A DNA stretch of 64,000 nucleotides from Epiperipatus broadwayi (Eukaryota > Animalia > Onychophora), in NCBI GenBank assembly GCA_028023455.1, contig JAQFVV010000011.1, positions 2,170,001 through 2,234,000 on the forward strand. Reading direction: 5' to 3'. Every line of letters begins with the position of its first letter. The stretch's first letter is position 1. The translations under genes and the position numbers were made by a program. Below the pieces are notes generated by a model. The model made no database searches, was not told the DNA's origin, and worked only from the letters and a program-made list of their open reading frames with translations. Of this stretch, positions 25,191-38,079 are shown one piece after another.

Positions 25191-28100
25191 ACAATGTTCA
25201 AGCACTATTGCTTGATCCTAAGTCTATATTGCCTAATTAAATTCACTTACCAAAGAATGAATGTAATACAGAATTTTAACAATTTGTTACATATTTTGAA
25301 TCTAGGGTAACAAATCAAATTCATTGCCAAAGGAAATCATTATAATTACTTGTTTCTCATATTATACAAGATTTTTGATTTATGATGGACTTTGGGAAAT
25401 CAATTGAAATTGCTGTCTTAATAAGTTGTATTTATACCTCCCTCATTAACCACACATACAAAGAAAAAAAATAGTACTTATATCACACGTTCTAAGTAGG
25501 AAGTGAATTTCAAACATTTAAAAACTTCCATTATCTGAACTTCAATAACTCCCACTCAGCTACAAATTATTATACTGCATTTACAAAGATTTGATTTAAG
25601 ATAAATGATGTCAATTGCTAGTTATCTATTTAGAGTAACATTGGATTACATTATCAAATGAACTTAAAGTGCTACGTGGAATTTTAAATGCTTAACACAA
25701 CCATGATCAATCAAAATTAAATTAATTAACCAATGTTAACACTTATATGGAAAGAAATCAAACTCTTGAATAGACTGCTTTTAGAATAATAAAAAAAAGG
25801 TGTTGGAGGCCGTTCACTTTATAACCACCAAGCTTGCCACCATTCTCCTTTTTCTTAATTATAATTAATTCATTCTCATCCCCAAACAATACAAAAAAAA
25901 CCCATAAACAATTTTAATTCCATATTATAAAAGTGACAATTAGTATCACTAAATATAACAAAACTCTTATAAATAATAAATAAGTAAAATTCTACGATTA
26001 AAAATTCAGATTAGACTGAGAGATTATACTTGCTCTGGAAAAGAATAACACGGCTTTTTCACATTAATTTGTTTCGGGCTTATTACTAGGAACTTTAAAA
26101 ATAGCCAATGCATTATAAAGACAAATCTTTAATGGTGATCTCTATATTATTATTGTTACGGATACCTCCAACACCCCTCCAATACCTAGTACCCAACGTG
26201 AGGCCCAACTCTAAGCCACATGATATTAGCATTACTCATTAATGAATGTTAGGGCACATAAAATGACAAACCATTAATCACAACCTAAGTCTTAAAGCCC
26301 AATCTAAATAAACATTAAACCAAAGTTTAAAACAAGTCAGTCAAATGAATACGACAACTAACCATTACAACAATTAACATTAAATGTACTATGATTACCA
26401 ACATAAAAGAACAACATACAGTAGATCAGATGAGTGAAGACAATCAAGAAAAAAAATACATATATATAATATTAAAGTAGAAAAAAAAATCAAATGTTTC
26501 TTTCCTTATTTTTTTTTTTTAACAAGTTGTTTATGTTAATACGTAACAAAGATGACATAAGCAGTAAAGTAAAAAAATGAGCACAAATTGGCTTAGTATA
26601 ATAGATACAATAAACTTTTTTGTTCAAGAAGGAGAAAAAAAATTTTTATCTGTGGAAAAATCTACCATTACTTATGTAAAGTAGCTGAAAGGAAAGTTTG
26701 AAGGTCAGTAACTACCAATTGGGACTTGTAACACTTTTAAAGAAATCTTTTACAAGAATTTTAGAAAGTGAAGAGAAATATTCAGCTTGTAAAACAACTA
26801 AACAAAGAATTTGAAAATTAATAAGCTGCAAACAAAATAAAATATTTGAATCTCTAAAACCCCCATTGACTCCCCACAATAGATTTCCAGAACTAAATAT
26901 AAAAACATGCAATAGAAGAAGAAATATTGCTGTTGCTTCAATCAACTTAAACTACAAAAACAAATATAAGTAATAACAAAAGTAACTATGCAGTGCTAAA
27001 TGCAAAGGTAATGTCATGGAAGAAAGCTCATTGTTGATTGCAGAGCCATCATCAAAATTGATATGGGATTGTCCTATCTTTCCATGCCTGGATTGATAAA
27101 CATCGAACCGATCCATTATGAATTCCTTTTTTTTTTACTCTTCATTTCAAAATTCCAATTCAAAGGCTAGTAAAGTCAACCTATCATCGGATGTTTGAAT
27201 TCCCTGCTATGTGTAAAGGAATAAGCCATTAGAAGAGTGTCTATATGAACTACAAAGCCAAGTTATAAAGTTGACGTCATATGCACTTAATTGTTTGCAT
27301 GCTATATATCATAATTTTATTTTATTTATTTTAATATAGAGACAAATAGCTTTAATTTAAGATTTGTGAAATAAAAATAAAAAGCAATTTCTTCACTTGT
27401 AATATTATCTTGGAAAGACAAAATCTATGAGGTATGCTCTTGATTATGAAATAATTTGATCACTATAAATGGGACAAGATAAGACATTACCTAATACATA
27501 TATAGATTCAACACTGATATATATTCAACACATACACTTTCTTTATTTTCTTATTCCAAAGTTTATGTTAATTGTTGTTGTTGTTTTTTTTATATTTTCT
27601 TTGCATATCTTCTTAATTATTTGTGTCATGAACTTATGACTCTCCTACATTGCACACACATCATACATAACAGGGGAAGCCTTTTAAACCATTATGGTGT
27701 TAAATAAGAAAAGATAAATAAATGAATACTGTACTATGTATAGCAATGTTGTATATAATATGAAAATCATTCATGTTAATCGGGATATGGGATCAGAATG
27801 TGGGACAGTTATAAACCAAGCATAAATAAAAATGGACCACAAACCTCTAAATGAGTTTTCCCTAATTGTGTTTTAAATTTTCTTGTTCAAATACTAATCA
27901 ATATAAATATGCTTATTAAATTTATTTAAATGTTGAAACATGATTCTTGGTTTATTTTTCTGTAGTTAAATTTTACTTAGTCATATCCTTACACATATAT
28001 TTGTGATCATTACTTGTATGTATACAGTATACCATATCCACTCCCATTAACAGACATTTATTTATTTTACACATTCAGACTTCAGTGATACAAATATACC

Positions 28101-28819
28101 CTGAAGCAGAGGAACAAGCAACATCTCCCTGAGTTTGAAATCTGGAATAACAGAAGTAAACTACAATATGGATGAGATAGATTAGGGATAGAATCAATAG
28201 TTATTTAGATCTTACTCTCTCCTCTCCTAAGTACAAGTTTAATGTGTGTGGGTATGCATGAATGTGGAGAATAGAGATATAATCAGGAGTAACCCATCCA
28301 TCTTTGTGCATACCACGGAAATGCTGTCCCATTACACTATATACAAGGAAACATTTATTTGTTACTTTATGACTCAACATTGTCCCAATAATCTTGCATG
28401 ATTTTTTTTCCTTTTTTGTGGAGAACTTTATAACCTATAAACATCTACTTTGTGGTACTTAATTGTTTTAAAAACTTGGAATTTTGTAATATAAAAATGA
28501 ATCAAAATTTGAAGCCTTTTTCAACGACATAACTAGCACTGAGTTAAAGATTACAGATTTTGAAGCAAAAAGTATAATTTTTGGTAAAATGATAAAAAAA
28601 ATTGATTTCGTAAATACATTTTATATTAATTAAATTGCTTGTTTTTATATCATGTATTTAATTTCTCATTTGAATAATGCCAATTGCAACCAATTATACT
28701 AATGAATTTGATAAACTTTTAGGATTTCAGTTTAAATATATTTATCATATGAGAAAATAAATTTTAAAGTGTCATGAGTAATGAAAATTGTCATTTTGAT
28801 CAACTTTTACTATTAAATA

Positions 28820-29631
28820 TGATCACCATTTCTTATGCTTGCTCTTAACTGTTATTCAAACAGGCATAACTCTCTAAATATATTGCCACTCAGTGCAAGC
28901 CAGAGTAATCAATGGATGCTAGAAGGCTTGTCATAAAATCCCCATCTAGTTCCTATTCACCCAATACCCCCAGACTAGTTTCTGGCTTGTGACTTTCATC
29001 AGTGAGGAGCCTTGGATATGAGAGCACTGCACCTAGATCTTAGCATCTAATGCAACCCTCTAACAGCCACCTTTTATCTCTACTTAACTACAAAACTATG
29101 AGACTTAAATTGAAAACACTATAATATTTTCAATCCAAGCTCATCAGCTTATATACGTATAGAGTTTTGTCTGCTTGAATAACAATTAAGAGCAAGCATA
29201 AGAAATGGTGATCATGTGATGTTTATTGGCTTAAAACCGATCATGCCTAATAGGATAGTGGTGGCTATGGTTATTAAAGAACCAAAGACACCAAAATGTA
29301 TGGTACTGAACTGAGTTCAGACCTATATGACTATATAAGCTGATGAGCTTGGATTGAAAATATTATAGTGTTTTAAATTTAAGTCTCATAGCTTTGTAGT
29401 TAAGTAGAAATAAAAGGTGGCTGCTGGAGGGTTGCATTAGATCCTAAGATCTAGGTGCAGTGCTCTCAGATCGAAGGCTCCTCACTGACGAAGGCCACAA
29501 GCCAGAAACTAGTGTGGGATATTGGATGAGTAGGCACTAGATGGGAATTTTATGCACAAGCCTTCTGGCATCCATTGATTACTTGGGCTTGCACTGAGTG
29601 GCAATACATATAGAGTTTTGCCTGTTTTTTT
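28820..29631. mobile_element. F1 element: ~340-bp antisense arm plus full 451-nt sense arm
   Basis: Junction ~29158; AGAGTTTTG at 29161 and 29612 (451-nt period); HHRs at 28968-29007 (-, intact) and 29480-29519 (+, GUC changed to GUG); TATTAAATA at 28811-28819 and 29632-29640. Confidence 0.9.
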
Positions 29632-30207
29632 TATTAAATAGGTAGTGCATTTCATAAAGAAAGTTTCTGGTAACATGAAGTAGAATTTTATTTTGTAAAT
29701 ATACTTTTTTAATTAATTAAATTGCATTTGTATCACTTTCTCATTAAAATTATTTCATAATGTTTTTCTTGTAATTAATCGAGATGTCTTTATTCATATT
29801 TATATAGTGATATAAATTAATTAATTGGCTTTTGTACCATGTATTTAATTTCTCATTTGATTAAAGAAAATTGTAATCTGTAAACTTTTAGGATTTTAAT
29901 TTAAATATATTTAATATATGAGAATCTAATTTTACTTTATGATCAGTTATACTACTGAATTTGATCAATTTTCATGATTACTCTTTAAATATACTTTCAT
30001 GAGATAAAGTATGTTTTGAAATGATTTACAATTTTTGTTTACTCTGTACTTGTTGATAAATTTAAAAGTACTTTATTTCATAAACTCTTTATCTTAAAAA
30101 AAAAAAAATAAAGCATTTATTTTAATAATATTTTAAAACAACCTTGCCTTCAAATAAACATTTGAACTGAATGCCATATAAATACGTAATCTATTAATAT
30201 TGATTTA

Positions 30208-30468
30208 AACCACGAAACATCACATGATCACCATTTCTTATGCTTGCTCAAGCTCTTAAAACAGGCAAAACGCTCCATACAGTAGTGCCACTCAGTGCAA
30301 GCCAGAGTAATCAATGGATGCCAGAAGGTTTGTGCATAAAATCCCCCATCCAATATCCCTGGACTAGTTTATAGCTTGTGGCTTTCATCAGTGAGGAGCC
30401 TTGGATCTGAGAGCACTGCACCTAGATCTTAGGATCTAATGTAACCCTCGAGCAGCCACTTGCCTGTT
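30208..30468. mobile_element. F1 element with short terminal inversion and 14-bp TSD
   Basis: Antisense arm 30208-30459 (GAAA changed to TAAA), sense stub TGCCTGTT; TTAATATTGATTTA at 30194-30207 and 30469-30482. Confidence 0.85.
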
Positions 30469-30840
30469 TTAATATTGATTTACTTATTTAGTAACAAAAG
30501 TGGCACAAACAAGAAAGACCAATCTTGCACATTATTAATACAGGGTAATGTTAAAATTTAAACTATTCAAATAATTATTGTCTTACAAAAAAAGTAGGAA
30601 ACATTTATCTAAATAGTATTTGAAAACAACTTTGCCTTCAAATAAATGATTGAATTAAACACTATACAAATATGTAATATATTACTTATAGAGTATTAAA
30701 GATAACACGAAGAAGACCAATCCTGCCCATTATTCATTCAGGACATGAACAATGCAATTACCAAAAGCTCTAGATAACTGGCATAAACAGGTCCCACAAC
30801 AAGCAGCATTCATGTGATAGTGTGCTTTATTTCTTAACCC

Positions 30841-31010
30841 ATGGAGAAACAATACTTTTAACATTAAATTTTGTTTTAAATTGGGCAAAACTACCACTGA
30901 AGCATATGAAATTATACAAATAATATATAGCATTAAAGTTATTGTGAGACAAAAATATTTTCCAGTGGGTTGCAAGTTTTTTTGATGGCAGGGAGAGCAT
31001 TGAAAATGAT
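30841..31010 (+). mobile_element. mariner transposase N-terminal fragment
   Basis: NIKFCFKLGKTTTEAYEII...FQWVASFFDGRESIEND (mariner HTH region), frameshifted. Confidence 0.75.
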
Positions 31011-33132
31011 CTAGAAATATATTAATACACTGTAACATTTTGTATCAGACTTCATGATCTAGGCATGATAACATCTACAATTTTTATGGTGAATAGCCAA
31101 AGCATGTTATTGATTCAGAGATGGTGCTTCATGAATATGTAAATATAAAAGCCATGGAAACACCTACATATTGCATTATATTCCTTTATTTTATTAATGC
31201 ATGATAAGTCAGGAGTGCAACTAGTAGTTAAAAAAATATTAAAATTTAATTGTTTATATCCGTGTGGGTGAGAGAATAAATAGGTATTTTTGACAGCAAT
31301 TAAATGGACTCCAAGAAATAGTGAAAGGCCTGAAAAGAGACTACATGTTAAGTGAATAGGTGAAATGTTTACAGGTGTGATAGGAAGATTATGTTTAAGT
31401 CAGTTTGAGAAACTGAACTAACTGTGGAAAGACCACCATCTAACAGTGGATTGATAATAATTTAAAAGTATTGATATTTCTTTTCAAATATGTCCCAATT
31501 AGGATAAAATGTGGTTATAAAAAGCTTTACTAGACTAATAAACTCAAGTGAACTCAGTTGTACTGTAAAATGTCTCTAATATAAGAAATTAAGGTGGTTG
31601 TTTTTTTATTTTAAGATCAAAACTTATCCTTTTTTATTTTTTTGTTAGAATTTATTTATTTTAATAATGAATGCAAAAATTGATTTATGCTGAAAGTCTA
31701 GACTCGAGACCTTAAGTCTGATAAGGATTAGATCAATCCGGACCAAATTGTTTTTCAGAAAATTAAAAATAAAGAAAAAGAGGAGGAGGTGGAAGTAGGT
31801 TATTAACAGATGTTAACTTGTAAATAATGAAAACGCTACTGAATTTAAAACAAAAAATTATCACCTAAATCAAAGAATTACTTGGATTGTAAGGAATTTT
31901 TTAAATCTTTATTACAGGATTTCCTTTAAACAATTACATTTGACAAAACTAGCAATCTTTTTTTTCTTTTAAAAAAAAAAAAAAATTAAACGGAATAAAA
32001 AAATCACATTTAACATTAAAAATATTATCTTCCAAAAAAATCACAAATTAAAGTATCCAATAAATTGTCACTTACCATACTCATCAACGAGCTCCTTTCT
32101 GTTGACCCACTTTTAAAAACAACTGTTTGTGAGTAGAATATAAATTTTATTGCATTCCTCTTTTGATAAATTTTAATAAGACGAATATATAGAGAGCGTT
32201 TATATATATAATAAATTGAAAAAATTGTTGTCTTTAAGTATATTGATTTGCATCATATTTTTATACATAGTTGAACTTTCATTTACAATTTTCCTATCCA
32301 TATATAAAGGTAAAACTGCCTTTGTATAACCCGCAGTAGGTAAAAGTTTTTCTCCAATAGTTTCTCTTTGACAAACAATGAAGAAAAGGAAATTACCAGA
32401 TTTGCCAATTGCCCAATGGTCAAGCTTGAACATTTTCTATTCTCGCTTTACTCTCTAGTTAAAAACTGGTAGATATCCACTGACCAACTAATATTGAATA
32501 GTTAGCAAACTGAATATGAATGGACTGCCTGACAATATTTTGAAATTCATCTTACTCTGATCATAGTGCAATCAAAAATTTTCAATCATCACGTCAATAC
32601 TTCTGCTCTTCTGCTTATATAATTTATTGATGCCTCCAGCACATAATTAAGTGAGATGACATTAAATCTTCATGCATTATTTGAGGATTTTCTAATCTTC
32701 TAAATATTACCCTATTGATCAAAAAATCAAACAATCCTACCATAATACTTATTTCAGTCTCTGCCACAATTAGGTGTCCTAGAAATGGCAAGCCCTAAAA
32801 GTAAGAATGTTACTATAAATTGGTCGAATGTCAGTCATTCTAGGACACATGATATGTATCAGTTTGGTTGACTTTTTTAACAATAAGGTATTAAAAAGCT
32901 CTAGGCAGTGCATGAAGAATTAATTATACATGTTGAAATGATATGATCACTACATATGATTATAGTCATCCATTAATTTCATAGAAGGCAGAGATAGTGG
33001 GGTGTATAATACAGCATGGGATATCCACTCTTTAGAAACAAAGTAGGCAAAGCAAAGGAAGGTTAAAGTTATGGGAATATAATAATAAAAACATACATTT
33101 TTTAGGAAACAAACAAATCATAATACTAACAA

Positions 33133-33751
33133 ATGTGATAATATGTTGAACTATTACCATCATCTATCATTAAATGTTGAATGTACAGAAAAAGTTAAAC
33201 TTTTTAAATACAAACAACTTGTTAATAATAACACCCAAATAGACAATACAGGTTAGTATCGTCATATAACAATGGCAAATAATCCTATAAGCCAATCCAG
33301 TGTGACAATACACAATGAATGAAAACCTCTAATTAACCTTGCTCTTAGAAAAAGTATTTTAAAAAAATTTGATGAACTCGGAAAGATTTGAACCAATCAT
33401 CATATAAAAATATATTAAATTTTTACTATCTGTTGCCTTTGACAGAATAGCTCAGTTGGTTAGACTGTTGCCTTAAAATTCAATATTCAAGATTCTAAAG
33501 GTGTAAATTCAACTACTTTGTTAATATTGTCACTGGTCAGCCAGCAACACCTGAAGAAGAGTGGAGAATACTAATACTCGGAACACTGTGTAATTACTAA
33601 CCTGAGTTGTCTATTTGTGTGACATTAATTGTATTTGAAAGTTCAAATAAAGTTTAAAATTTTGTACCCATTCAACATTGAATGGTAGACGTTGAAAACA
33701 GTTCAACATATTATCACATCTAATGTACCATCATCACTAACCTTTAAGCAA
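33133..33751. mobile_element. PLE 3'-end (pLTR-like) fragment with inverted arms
   Basis: 33430-33740 is homologous to 1430-1700; 33135-33270 is an inverted copy of ~33595-33725; ~13-bp TSD ATA(A/C)TACTAACAA at 33120-33132 and 33752-33764. Confidence 0.65.
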
Positions 33752-35018
33752 ATACTACTAACAATTAGCATGAGTTATGTTGTGTGTATACATATATGGG
33801 GGCATGCATAAATATATATATATTTGCTATTTATATATTAATATTAAGAATTTATTGTAAAAATTCTTTAAAATATTATGTAAAATAATTTTTAATAGTA
33901 TAAGGTAATTTTTTTAAGTTTAATTATTAAAAAGGTAATATTATTATTATTAATGATAATAATAATGATGACGATGATGATGATATATAGGGAATGTTTT
34001 AAAACTTATAAATCATTTAACAAAAGATTTGTTACTTCATGAACACACATGGACCATGTGTTAGGATTGGTAATAATTTAAAGCTGTCTCTCTGAGGATT
34101 TTAATAGTTGGCATTGTTTTTTAAAAAAATCATTATAAATTCTAAAGTCTGCAACATTCCGCAACTACTACAGATAAAAAATGTCTTAACAAATGTATAA
34201 AGAAAGCTTCCTAACAATTTCTAAAATCAATATCAGGCTAACATAGCAAGAATCCTTTTTAGACATGGAAATCAATTTTGTGTGGAACGTTTTGAAAACG
34301 CTTTAGACAAATAGCATGAAATGCTTCATACTCTGCAGCAACTTAATAAATAAAACGAAGGTTTATATTTAAAAGGGATTGTCAACATCAAATGTCATGC
34401 ATGAAATTCCAAAAATAATGGAATAAAGGATCCATTATCCACATCTATTACAAATATATCAGAGCCCTGAAAACAAATGCTTCATGTTTTTGACTATGAT
34501 TTTATTAAGTCAGACATTATATCAACATCTTCACTTGTACATAAGTTATGTGTAAACTATAATATAAACTCTTAAATTATGGATGAACTTTTAATATAGA
34601 CAATATTTTAAATATCTGTTATTGTATTTCATATGTTTTAAAATGTTTTTAAAAATGATGTATATTTTTAGTAGTAAGTTAATAATTAATTTTTTTCATG
34701 CTTGTGGTTTTAAATAATATTTTAATTTTATTCTTAGATAATGAAAGCTTCACATAGATTTATTGATGGTTGACACTATTAAAAGAATAAACTATTTATG
34801 AATTAAATTAATGAAATTATCAGAATTCATGTTAAAAATACAAACAATTCTACCATGAATGTCACCATAATCTTATATAAATCAGATGAATATAGTAGAG
34901 TGATAGTGGATAAAGATCTTTAGACAATGTGAATGGCCTAAATTTAAATAATGTTTTGAAGTTAATTTTTATACATGTTAAATGATTAAATGTTTGCTAT
35001 AACTTTCTGAAATTTAGT

Positions 35019-35120
35019 CAAGAGTTGGTGGCCGAGTGGTCAGCACGGCTGCCTTACAAGAGGCTGTCCGGGTTCGTGGGTCCACATCCTGGCCGATGCT
35101 TTGACACATGAAAAAAAAAA
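35019..35120 (+). mobile_element. tRNA-derived SINE (TAC-loop subfamily) with poly(A)
   Basis: 18-bp TSD AACTTTCTGAAATTTAGT at 35001-35018 and 35121-35138; extra bases in the T-arm. Confidence 0.85.
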
Positions 35121-37649
35121 AACTTTCTGAAATTTAGTATAAAACAATGATGAGGCTTAAATAATTTAAATGTATGGATATATCTGTTGTTTATTTATAG
35201 AGATGATGAACTTGAGATGTGTGTGTATTTAATATTACTTTCATATATAATCAATATTAGTGCTGGTGTGAATATTGAAAGTTTGCAATAAGAATTCTAT
35301 TGATAATTGGGTTTATACTGCTCTATCTTGAGTATATAGATGCAGATATGGTATTCCTGCTCTTATGCTAAGTAATTATAGATGCTGATGCAATATTGAT
35401 GCTCTTATGCTCAATATAGATGCAGGTATATTATTTTTGCTTGTACATTGCTGAGGAAGTCTGGTGTATGGTGGTTAATTTCCTATATAGTGTAGTGTGT
35501 ATTGATATATTTTATGGCATATATATTTATGCATGCAATAAATTGTAGACAGATTTTTTAAAAGATATGTACCATTATTGTGGCCTACTGATGACAAGAA
35601 TCCCAGGTACATCCACCTGTAAATGTTTTCTTATGCAAGTCTCGTTTTTGCTTCTTTATAAGGATCTGTGTAATATAGCAGTGAAGTTAATATTCTTGCA
35701 TATAACATGTATAATATTACAAGATGCTCTGCATATTTCATGCACATTAGGCCAATGGTTTTAAACCCTGTGTAAGGTTCTAATTCTTGAGAGTATAACA
35801 CTTAGATAATAGTATCACAAAAATTAAGGAGTAACAAGCAATACTATCATTATATGTAACTGGACCATATATAATAATGAAATTAGTCTAAAAGCTAAAT
35901 GTGAAATCTTTAGAACAAGACAGATAATCTCATAAAATTATACTTTACTAATAAAATAAAAAACTTGAGATATTTGTTTGTAATTTGTTAATGTGCATTA
36001 TTTATTCTAAGTTTGATATTACTAGCATAAATAATTAAGTGACCTTCTTAAGTTAAGAGTTATTGAAATGTATTATTTGATTTATATGTAATATATATGT
36101 TAATTGATTTACTCATTTTATGTGTTGTCTGATTCATTCATAACACATATTCATTCTATTGGGATGGGTGCACATTTTGTCTTCCCAAAGGTACGTGCAA
36201 TAATCAGACAATAGATGCTTCTGACAAAGTGATAGCACTTGACCAATGTGCTGATAGTTTACCAATGACAGCACTTCAATTTTAGAACTAAATCATAAAC
36301 GTTAACAAGTTTTGCATTATTAAGAGGCATCTTAATATATGTATAGGGTAACTATAAAATATTTTTTAACAAATTCACAATTTTCTTGTGCAAATAGTAC
36401 AATAGTATGTGATCAAATCAAGAGTCAATTATAAAAATTGATAATAACGGCATCCTCAACTCACAAGACGATCATCTTTTATAATAGTTCCCCAGTCACT
36501 AACCTTGGATATTTATTCAGTGACGATTTTTGATGAGGCTATAGCAAATTTATTACTTAATTTTACCTTTAATATGGAATAAATGGTAGAAACTGATGAC
36601 TATCCTAAACTCATTTCCCAAAGCAGTTTTTAATTTATAAATTTCAAAGTTTATTTATTATAATATATAAATTACTTTTTTTTAAGGAAAATGTTTTGAA
36701 GTCTATGGCAAATTATTTATCTAAGTCATTAATACTTCAAACACAATTTTCTTACTTTTAACCTTAAATTTTAAAGATTTGTATATTACTTCATTTCTGT
36801 ATAGATAAAAGTAAAAAAAAAAAATTCTTTTATATTCAATTCACATAGCTGTTAAAAACATTTGCTAATAAAGCAGATATCCATACAAGCTGCAAATGTT
36901 CAAATTTTCGGTATCCTCTGGTCTTTCTCTCAAGTATCTAATTCAAATTACTAATGATGACTAATTAAAGTGTTCTTATACAAAAGTATTTTACTCTAGA
37001 CGATTATGTTTTTATGCACTGAACTTATCTTTGATAGGTTGATATAAGCATATGCTTTAATATAATTATTATCAACAAAAAGGATACCCTTAAAAAAAAT
37101 TATGAGAAACGATTGCAATATATATTAAGTGACTCACTACAGCTTTATTATTTCTTTAATGTCAGAGTTTTGCCTTCCTGATATATAATTTTTTGTAATA
37201 ATATAATTTTAAATATTGCTAAAAAAATTAATTGCATCTGTATAAAGTTTTCAAAAAAAAAAAATGTTTTAAGACAATTATAATGAGATGTAACAGGAAG
37301 TAATACTTATTAAAATGTCGGTGTAAGTGATTACTTCCTCTAGTGCAATAAGCAAGCAAACTTAATATATTTGGATATAATATTTTAAAAATAAAAAAGT
37401 GTTAAGTGGCTTATAATATATAATAATTACAAGACAAATTAATTCTTACTATATTCTCTGTTCAGTATAAATTAAAACAATCCTAAAAAAAATGTATTTC
37501 ATTACAGATTTAAATAGTTAGCACACCTAGATTTGATTTAATAAGAAACTTAATGAAAAAATTATGCACTAAGTGTTACCTCTCATGGATATAGGCTTAA
37601 GATTTTTCTTTCAGTCAGATGCCCCATAACTAACTCAGCTAACTTCCAA

Positions 37650-38010
37650 TCTTCATCATCATTGTTAACAATTATCTATCCAATACGTGATTAAGATCAC
37701 AAAGTTTAATTTAGTTTTTTTCGATCCATGGCCTATATCTTTCCCACATCACATTAATATAAATTTCCTTATTTTATCCATTCAACTCATATGTGGTTTT
37801 TCCTAGGCATTTTATAATCTCTCAGGATTCAGTTTATCTTTTCTAGTAATATATTTATTCCAGTTCCATTGTGTCTCCTAATTATTTCAATAATATCAAT
37901 AACATCCATTTATTCTCTCATCCAAATATGTCACATTTGATCCCTTAGTGTTATTCCTAATATATTTCTACTCCATTAAATGGACCAAAGTCTTTGCACT
38001 GCTCTTCTTT
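37650..38010 (-). mobile_element. RTE-like LINE 3' fragment
   Basis: rc reads LGITLRDQ..IWMRE..DVIDII; (TGA)n tail at ~37651-37662. Confidence 0.6.
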
Positions 38011-38079
38011 TAAATATAAGTTGGTAAAACATATCTATTTAAAAATGTTAAGAAACAATTGATTTAAAAAGTAAGTAAG

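Noticed and set aside
26155-26370. Solo LTR (TGTTACG...ACA)
   Set aside because: Only imperfect 5-bp flanks and no second copy; similar weak case at ~24476.
29338-29390. Second CTGATGA...GAAA within F1
   Set aside because: No stem II or stem I pairing, and the core is not conserved in the 19900 copy; the GAAA belongs to an ATTGAAAA/TTTTCAAT hairpin.
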